Source: Chrysomallon squamiferum
Taxonomy: Eukaryota; Animalia; Mollusca
DNA length: 64,000 nt
NCBI GenBank assembly: GCA_012295275.1
Contig: CM022678.1
Span: 17,422,001 to 17,486,000 of the forward strand
Reading direction: 5' to 3'
In this document: one piece after another, positions 55,539-64,000 of the stretch
How positions within the stretch are numbered: position 1 is the stretch's first letter
How the letters are laid out: every line of letters begins with the position of its first letter
Made by a program: the position numbers and the translations under genes
Notes under the pieces: model-generated
Databases searched by the model: none
What the model was told of the DNA's origin: nothing
What the model saw: the letters and a program-made list of their open reading frames with translations, nothing else

Positions 55539-58500
55539 TCATTATTTTATTTTAATTCATCATAAAGTTGTTTTTGAATCTGAAATCAGAAAAATCAGCA
55601 TTAGATTTAAATGCTTCACTGGTGACATTTTCTTTACCTACCTGTTAACGATTTTGTAGTAATTCCAGCTCCACGCCTTCAAACAGTCAGGTAAACCAGG
55701 TGGAATGTGTCCCAGAATGTGAACCTGATAAATTAATAATTCACTTAAATAATCACTGAATTTTTAATATTCTTTAAATTTTACACACATATAATGAATC
55801 AGAGATTAAGATGTTAAATTAATATATATTTTTTACATAAATACAATGAAACAGATTAAGTGCATTTTGCATTTGACTATTTGTATTAATTACAATCTCA
55901 ACTTCTATGAAAGAAATGAAAATTCAACACTCTGGTTGTTCCTACTTATTTTACCTTTTCTTTTTTAATCCTCAGCTAATATCAAAACTTTAGTATCTCC
56001 ATTAATAACAATTTTAAATCAGGTACAAGAAATAAAAATTCAACACCCTGGTTGTCAGTATTTATTTTACCTTTTCTTTCTTATCCTCAGCTGACTGTAA
56101 AACTTTGACAAGCCACTGGAGCTGATGTGCAGGGTCAGTTGTGTTCAGCAACAGCCACCTACAAACAGACAGACAGACAGACAAACAGTTTTATATTCTT
56201 ATGTTTCTTTTTAACAGATGACAATCAGACACAGGGAAAAAAATAAAAAAATAAAACAAATAAAATTAATTCATGGAAAATAATGATTTTTAAAAATTAA
56301 AAAAGAAGAAAAAAACCCACAAAATGAATTTTTAACAAATTGATACAAAAAAAATTAAAAAAAAAAAAAAAAAAAAAATTAAAATTAAAGCTGTTTTGAA
56401 ATAGTAATTGGGAAATACAAAGTGAAGGTGAAAAAACAATGTAAAATGATTTTATACAATTTATATTCTAATTTGATACCAAAAAAATATGCCCAAACTA
56501 TTGAGTAATTTAAACAGATCAATCATCATAGATCTGACAATTTCTGATCTTTAATGGCACAATGAATATGTACTTGAAACATAGGCCACCATTCTAGTTT
56601 GTTTTCCTTCTTTCATAATCTGTTGACCTAACCATGGTTTCATCTTTGTTCAAAGCACAAACACCATTCAAAAAAAAAAAAAAAAAGAGTTAAACTTGCA
56701 GTATGTAGTTCTATTTTAAATGTAGGCTGAGATGTTGAATTAGGGGTTTCAAACCTGACCAATGTTATCTGACAAAAATCACTGAACTGGAATTATTCTG
56801 GTCTCACTAATGCCTGATTAGCAACTTAAAAATAAAAGTTTTTTAAAAAAAAAATTAAAATAAATTCAGATTCACATACTGATAAATCTGTCTCTACTTA
56901 CCAGTTTTGACTGTTGCAGTAGTTTGTGTTAAGGGAGATAATCCTGAAACCTGGGTAAGGGGATACTGTATAATAAGCTCCTCTGGAATTTAAAAAAATA
57001 CATGTCATATATATATATATATATATACACATTTCCTATAAAATAATTAAGTTATACATCTGTTCATTTTTAACCCAAATTACTGGTGCTAACTGCATGC
57101 AGGTTTTGAAATATTTATTCAGAGGGGTCTGAATTTCTACAATTGTTAAATTTGTACCTACTGGCTACATTTTTATTTAAAATATGAAAAAAAAATATTG
57201 AAAAAACATTAAAAATTAAAGAGAAAATTAAAAAGAAAATTAAATGATATTAAAGATTCCAAAAAATTTGATCTTTATTAATTAACTCAATTTTTAAAAT
57301 GCCTTTAAAGAATATGCTTTTCACTAGCAAGTTGCATTTCTGCTAGTTTTTTTTTTAGACATTATAATAAATGAAAATTACAGTAAACTGAAACATTAAC
57401 TTACTGTGACATCATTTTCATTGTAATTGGTGTCATGGAAACTAAAAAAGTGTGGCTAATTAAAAAGTAGCCTGTTACAAAATTAACCAGTTTTCTGCAT
57501 TTACCAGATTTCTGTAAACTGGATAAATCATTTGATATCTGTACAGAAACTTTAAAACAAAGAAAATAAACTTCAGATTTCTTACTTTTCAATTGTATTT
57601 ATAGCATCAGGAGTAAGCCATTTCTTCCACTTTTTGGCCAGTGGGTTGTACAGCCATGAAATGGAGTTATTGCCCTTTATAAATGGTGGTGGAAAACTGA
57701 AGGAAAGCATTGGAAGGATTAGTAAAATGAAAAATTAAAAAAATTAAAAACATAAAAATAAAATAAAATCAGCTGGTACAAAATTAAAACTGTCCATAAA
57801 GAATTAAAAAATTTAAAGAGATCTGATTAGGGTTTATATAATGATTTTATCAATAAAAAGTACACATTTCAAATTCATTATAGTGAATGAATGAATGTTT
57901 AACAACATCCCTTAATGAAAAACAGATCATTTTAATTAATGACTTTAGTAATAATAATAACCAAATCATAGTAACAATATTATTGTTAATGCTAATAATA
58001 ACAACCCTGCAACTGCAGCTATTACAAATACATAAATATTTAACTCACCTGTTAACAGGTGCACTCTCGTGGTTACCTATGGCTGGGTAGACAGGTTTGT
58101 TGGGCAGGTATTTGTCAAAGAGCTGTGACAGATATTCCAGCAGAGAAATCTGATCTGTCCGAGTTTGTTCCCACACATCATGAGCTGGCAGGTCCCCAGT
58201 CCAGATTATGTAGTCAAACTGAATAAATAAATAAATAAAATAGTCAAACTGAAATAAATAAATAAATATATATATATATATATACAGGGTGTCCACAAAG
58301 TCTGGGTACATGGGGAATTTTACTATGTTATTTATTTATGTTATTTTTCTCACCCAGATTGAATGATGGCTCTGTCTAAAGAAGAAAGAATCGAGTTGGT
58401 ACTTTTAAGTGGACGAGAAGGATGGTCTTATCGCAAAGTTGCAGAAGAATTCAACCTTAGACACCCTAATAGACAACCTATTTATTTTACTTATGTACCC

Positions 58501-61500
58501 AGACTTTGTGGACACCCTGTATATATATAAATAAATAAATAAATAAATAAATAAGTATCTACTGCTTATTGATACTACTATTATTACTACTACTGTTACA
58601 ATGCTATCAACAACAGCAACTACTGCTACTGCTACTGCTACAACTACAACTATTACTACTACTCACTACTACCACCACCACCACCACCACCACCACCACT
58701 ACTATTATTAATAGAAATTAAAATTACATCTTTTTCCTTGCTGGCTAGATGTTGAAACAGATTTTCCAGGGTCCAGATTGGAGTATCACAACGTCTGTAG
58801 TCTCCCCATTTTCCTGCCCCAGGCACACCAGGAGCTGCAGAAATAAATAAAAAAAATAAAAATATATATATATATCAGTGTAATCACAACAAAAGAAAAC
58901 ACTGTACAGGGTGATTCCATGTTATTTCAACCAATATCAATAACTTGACCATTTCCCATTTTTACAAAAATTTACATACAATACTGTTTTGGTCTCAGAT
59001 ATAAAAATCATCAAATATTACCTTCGTAAGATCAATAATTTTGGAAACATGGCTCTTCATTATTTTATTTTTTCATCAAAATGGACAGGAGCCACCAATC
59101 TTTTGACCCTGATTATCTCTGCCACCATTGGCCAATATTCACAATCTTGAATTTCCAGAAAGATAGGCTGTCACGTCTGCTTTTTTTTAATAGCAAAAAT
59201 GTCAAAAAGTAATGAAGAGCCATATTTGTCTGATGAAGGAAATATTTGATATTTGAGAATCGGTAGGGTTCCGGCTTTCCATTTTACCGTGTAATACAAC
59301 AATAACTGACCTGTGAGCTAAACATGCAATACTGAACTTTAGCCACTGTTAGTCATGTATTTTTTTGTAATATAACTGCTCTAATACTAACTGTTACATT
59401 TCTGAGTTTTTATAATTCTACTATATAGTGCTATATATCAAAGGCTATTTTGGTGGTTGATTTTTTTCAAAATGGAGTTTTTACATAAAAGATTAGAACT
59501 GACCGGGACGTCCGTCATCCTGACGACAGCAGAGAGGTTCCCCGCAGACAGCATTTGACCCCACTTTGTACAGACGGTCAAAGTGAATGTCTGTCAGATG
59601 TAGAACTCGGACCATTGGAGAACCAGGCTGGAAATAACAAACATTATTAGTAAACATCAACAAAAACATTAATAAACATTATTAACAAAAATTAGAAATA
59701 AAAATTATTAATAAAATTGTGAATAAAAATTATTAATAAAATTGTGAATAAAAATTATTAACAAAAAAAAAAATATTAATAAAATTACTAAAAAATATTA
59801 ACAAACATTATTGATAAAATTGGGAATAAAAATTATTAAAAAAAATTTAAAAAACAAAAAATAATTATTTTTAAAAATTTTTAAAAAAAAAAAAAAACAT
59901 AATAAAAATATTTTTTAAAATCACAATTATAAAACCATGAAATGAATATATGTTAATATACAACATCTAAATATCTACAGATGAAGATCTAGCCTAATAA
60001 AGGAAAATTAATAAAGTTTATAGATTGACAATTTCCTTCAGGTTATTTTCATTTGACTTTTTTTTGTCTTTTTTCTTTATAATTGGGTAGTGTAAGGTTT
60101 AATTTCCTAAGGCATATTTTTAATTCACATCCGGTGAGTTAAATTTTGATAATAAACAAATTTATAAATTTATGTATTTATGCAGAATACAGATATACCT
60201 AGATTTAAAAAAAAAAAAATATATATATATATATACATATTTTTTTTAAATAAAAATTTACTTAAACCAATTTACAAAGAAACTAAAATTGGTGTCTTAT
60301 TCCAAAAAATGTTTATTGAAAGAAGAAAGGAAATCAGTCTTTTATTAAGTATCAAGTATATTTTAATGACTGACATACTTTTGTTCAAAAATTATATACA
60401 ATTTTGTTCCCAGTGTATCTTGAAATAAATTTGTAATATGAATTATACATTTTCCCCAACAATTTTGAATAAAATATCAAAAACTATCTTTAAAATAAAA
60501 TGTCTGAGAACTGTTTTTGAATAAAAAAGATGTTTAATCAAAAAGTATCTTAAAAAATATTTAATTAAAAACTACCTAAAAAAAAAATAATTAAAAAACT
60601 TATCAGAAGAAAATATTTAATTAAAAAAATTGTCTAAAAAGGTTTTATTAAAAAATTAATCTAAATCAAAATATTAAAAAAAAAAAACTTGTTAAATCAA
60701 AATATTTAATTACTGAAACTGTAAATGGAAATATTTTGCATGAAGAACAAAAAGCATTATAAAACACTAAAAACGGACAAAAACGAGTTCATACTTTTGG
60801 CAGTTCTGGTGGTGTCACTGGAGGTTTTGGAGTGTGAGGCAGAGAGATGTTCCAGCTGAAGAAAGGATTGTACGGTGAGCCACAGTCAGGTCCGAGAATG
60901 ATTCCACAGATCTCACCAGAACTGAGAACAAGTTTGTCCAGAACAGTCAGAACCTCCGTCTGTTTGGGGAGAAAATAATTTTTTTTTTTTTAAATGATAA
61001 GATTTCAAATGAGGCAGTAAATACTAAAACAGTTTAAAAATGATGAGATTTCAAGTATGGGGCAGTATTTTAAAAAAATAAACTTCTAAGTATTTTGACG
61101 AAAATTTTATCCACAACTGTGTCTATTGGAGTTAAAAGAAATTATATATTAAATATTTATATACATTTCAAAATCTGTACATTTTAAAATGATGATTAGT
61201 AAGTTTTTTTTTAAAGTTACAAAATAAATCAGGAATGTATTTTCGGTTCAAAAAATTGACGACCATTTAAATACAAACATGACAATTTTATACATTTATA
61301 AAAAGAAACACTTCAGAATTATCTTAATAACCCTCTAAGTCACAATTTGAGCTCTGTGGTACATGAAGATGCTACAGCTAACAACTCACCTTGAACTCGG
61401 GCACTATGGCAGTACACACTCGTTCATCTTCCAGATGGAAGACGATGCAGAGTTTTGTCATTGCCGTAACAATTTCATCTTCAGTTTTACCCTCGATAAA

Positions 61501-61878
61501 CAGCTTCTGTATCGTCGACACAATCACTTTACAGACACCACAACCAGCTGACACCAGGAAGTCATGAAAAATTGGAATCTTGTTCAGGTTCGACAATGTC
61601 TCCGTGCCAACAGCATCGTTGAAATAATTGACGAGGCTGTTGTCAGTATCTGGTCGAGATTTTGAAAAGTTCTGCGTCGCTTCAGAGAAATAGCGAATGT
61701 ACTCCTCCCTCTGTTGTGATGTCATGGAAACGGGAGCATGTTGAAGAGAGACGTTTGGAAGACGAGCTGATTTGTCTGTGGGGCTGTAGAGGAGGGGTCG
61801 GGTGGTGGTGTGGTGTAACAGCAGCTGCAGGAAGACGAGATGAAGGAGAAACTTCATTCCAGTGCTCGGATTTGTCAT
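53293..61878 (-). CDS. SMPD1: Acid sphingomyelinase (sphingomyelin phosphodiesterase 1), 13 coding exons
   Basis: Exons 61878-61390, 60959-60795, 59627-59504, 58834-58728, 58218-58049, 57696-57586, 56982-56902, 56158-56071, 55724-55642, 55128-54936, 54432-54343, 54054-53960, 53461-53293 splice in frame. Signal peptide ([14 protein letters not shown]), saposin-B domain (CGVCK..KLC..VC..EICG..DC), Pro-rich linker, metallophosphoesterase motifs [37 protein letters not shown]. Confidence 0.95.
55100..55395 (-). repeat. ~43-bp tandem repeat (6-7 units) made of the SMPD1 exon-10 acceptor plus its first ~10 codons
   Basis: Unit on minus strand AATATTATAACAG|ATATGAAAACACAATCATTGGTCAGTTTTTT; AG acceptors at plus positions 55129, 55172, 55213, 55257, 55299, 55343. 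Confidence 0.9.
58285..58519 (+). mobile_element. Internally deleted Tc1/mariner-like element (MITE) retaining a transposase N-terminal remnant
   Basis: Perfect TIRs CAGGGTGTCCACAAAGTCTGGGTACAT and ATGTACCCAGACTTTGTGGACACCCTG in a TA run; internal [39 protein letters not shown] resembles the DUF4817-type HTH of such transposases. Confidence 0.9.
58907..59292. mobile_element. Older Tc1/mariner-type MITE
   Basis: Starts TA|CAGGGTG, degenerate end ACCGTG|TA; internal inverted blocks ATGGCTCTTCATTA and TAATGAAGAGCCAT, plus ATCAAATATT.CCTTC and GAAGGAAATATTTGAT. Confidence 0.6.
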
Positions 61879-62799
61879 TATGCAGCTGTCTGAAACGTAA
61901 AAAAATAAAATAAAATAAAAATGTGAGTGAATTTTCCCTGTTTTTTTAAACAAAAGACAGTAAATATGTTCACCATTGTTTCGTCTCATTATCAAAATGG
62001 CATTCAACAATTTTCTCAAAACTTGCTCAGTTTCATTACATACAGCTACTGAATTTCATTTTTTTTTTTTTTTTTTTTTTTTTTTTGAAATTATATTAAT
62101 AGTAAAATTAACCCCTATGTCAATGACATGAATGTTAAAGTGCTATTATTTTTATATTTTTGTTTTAACCTTTCTCACAACTTATTTAATGTACCATTTG
62201 TGCTATACGTTTGACATTTGCTGTATGTATATTACTTTGTTCTTCACCAAGTCTTTACTATATCACCTTTTCTGGGGTTTTTTACCCATTTTGATTTATT
62301 ATCTTACTATTCAGAAATTTTTTTTTAAAAAAATAAAAAAATGGAAAAGAAAAAGATATTAACTGTAATAAAGGTTAACAAGCTATACCTTGTTATTTCA
62401 GTAACGTTCACAAAAATTCTGACATAATAATAATAATAATAAAATATGTGACAGTCACTTGTGACTCAAATGATAGCTCCTTGGGCAAGAAAGCCACTGC
62501 ATCCTAACGAATCTATTCTGTTCTATTCAGTAGACTACTGACAGGGAAATAAAACGTGTAGATGCGAAAGTGTGATTCATATTTGCCAATATTTCCTTTC
62601 TGAACACTACTGTTCATGCTGTTTGCAACATCTCGAATAAAAGCTTTTACTTATTTATCAATACAATAAACAACTTTTAAGATGTGATATTTTCAGTTTC
62701 CAGAAACAATAAATGAATGATAAATTAAATATGATTCCAAATTGAAAAACAAAAACAAAACATATTTAGTATTTACTAATTTAGCAGCAGATAAGTTTA

Positions 62800-63040
62800 C
62801 TTTGAAACATATAAGCAATGCAACATAATATTACCATAGCAAATATAAAATTGATAATTTAAACATAAGCAATGCAACATAATATTACCATAGCAAATAT
62901 AAAATTAATAATTTAAACATATAAACAAAGCAACATAATATCACTATCAGTATAGGAAACACAAAACTGATAATTTAAACATATAAGCAAAGCAACATAA
63001 TATTATTATAGCAAACATAAAATTGATAATTTAAACATCC
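62800..63040. repeat. ~55-60 bp minisatellite, about 4 copies
   Basis: Unit AAACATATAAGCAATGCAACATAATATTACCATAGCAAATATAAAATTGATAATTT. Confidence 0.9.
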
Positions 63041-63046
63041 TCATTA

Positions 63047-63220
63047 CCTCCTCCGACTAGTCTGACGTTTGCACGACCAAACCAGACAGCTCGTGAAAAG
63101 GTTTGTTCTAAATATAGGATAAAATCACGTGATAAAAATACTATAGTAATCAAACGCAGAAGAGTCCATTTGAATTGTAATCGGATGTTTCGACCCAATG
63201 GCAAATTCGCCCCTAGTCAG
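63047..63220 (-). promoter_or_regulatory. Probable SMPD1 non-coding first exon and promoter with an E-box
   Basis: Minus-strand donor GAG|GTAATG near 63047; matching acceptor at 61890 just before the ATG; CpG-enriched; TCACGTGA at 63125-63132. Confidence 0.55.
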
Positions 63221-64000
63221 TTCGATCCCATTTTGTATTGTTCGCTTCATTATGTTTAGAAATAGTAAAATACACAAATTACGGAAACAAAAATAATTAG
63301 GAAATGACCCATTTTTCGAGGCTAGGAAATAAAGACTCTTGTGGTTGTTATGACTAGCTGAATACGAAACATTAATGCTCAGTGTTTAACGCCAAATATA
63401 ATCCAAAATAGAAATTAATGAAGAAGAAGAAATTCCTTTACACGAATATATTTCTTTTTTTAATAATTCTTATTCGATGGAAAGTAATAACATCAGGAGA
63501 ATCTTTCTCTCTTTATTTTTAATTTTCTTAAAGCTAGAGAAACTCACTCACTTTGTGTATGATATGAAATTAAAATTAATTATTTTAATTATTTAATCAG
63601 TCAAGAAACGACTAAAATCTGAATACAGTTTATAAATGGAAGAATAGTTTTTATGGCATTAAGCTTATTAGTTGGTCTGCATTTTTTATTATTTATTTAT
63701 TTATTTATTTATTTGTTTATGCATTGGTGCTTGAAACAGTGGAGGAAATCAAAGAACCGACCATCCGACCACGAGATATTGATGTTGTTATTCGATATAT
63801 TTTCCGGTTCAGTTTTATTTCCGTCATTCAAGCGATATTTTATCTATGTTAGTGATATGGGCGACATGTAGCTTTTTAATCTGATGTATATGACTTTTAC
63901 TTTATTCTGCTTTCACAATGTTTTGGTTTGACAGGAAATCAAAAGATCTGTTCTGAACTTGTACAAATTGTAAGGTAAATTAAGATGATTTAATACTTAC

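Overview
This is AT-rich, intron-dense animal genomic DNA with many microsatellites. It is probably a lophotrochozoan or mollusc, but that is an impression from style only. There are no prokaryotic features, and most ORFs in the supplied track are artefacts of simple repeats. Splicing by hand gives four multi-exon genes. (1) EXOC3/Sec6, + strand, 22 coding exons, 6917-19843. (2) A secreted protein, - strand, 38577-23463, with two Ly6/uPAR (three-finger, Quiver-like) domains, a Trp-rich linker and a Thr-rich tail but no GPI signal; its first module carries several indels. (3) Archease/ZBTB8OS, + strand, 46250-49638, with an 11-nt microexon followed by a U12-type intron. (4) Acid sphingomyelinase SMPD1, - strand, 61878-53293. 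The left edge probably holds duplicated 3' exons of a further + strand gene. Several Tc1/mariner and hAT MITEs are present. The most striking pattern is that tandem duplications repeatedly copy or abut a splice site, at least seven times across three genes, creating arrays of alternative donors or acceptors, some of them in frame. All coordinates and translations were read by hand and no database search was run.
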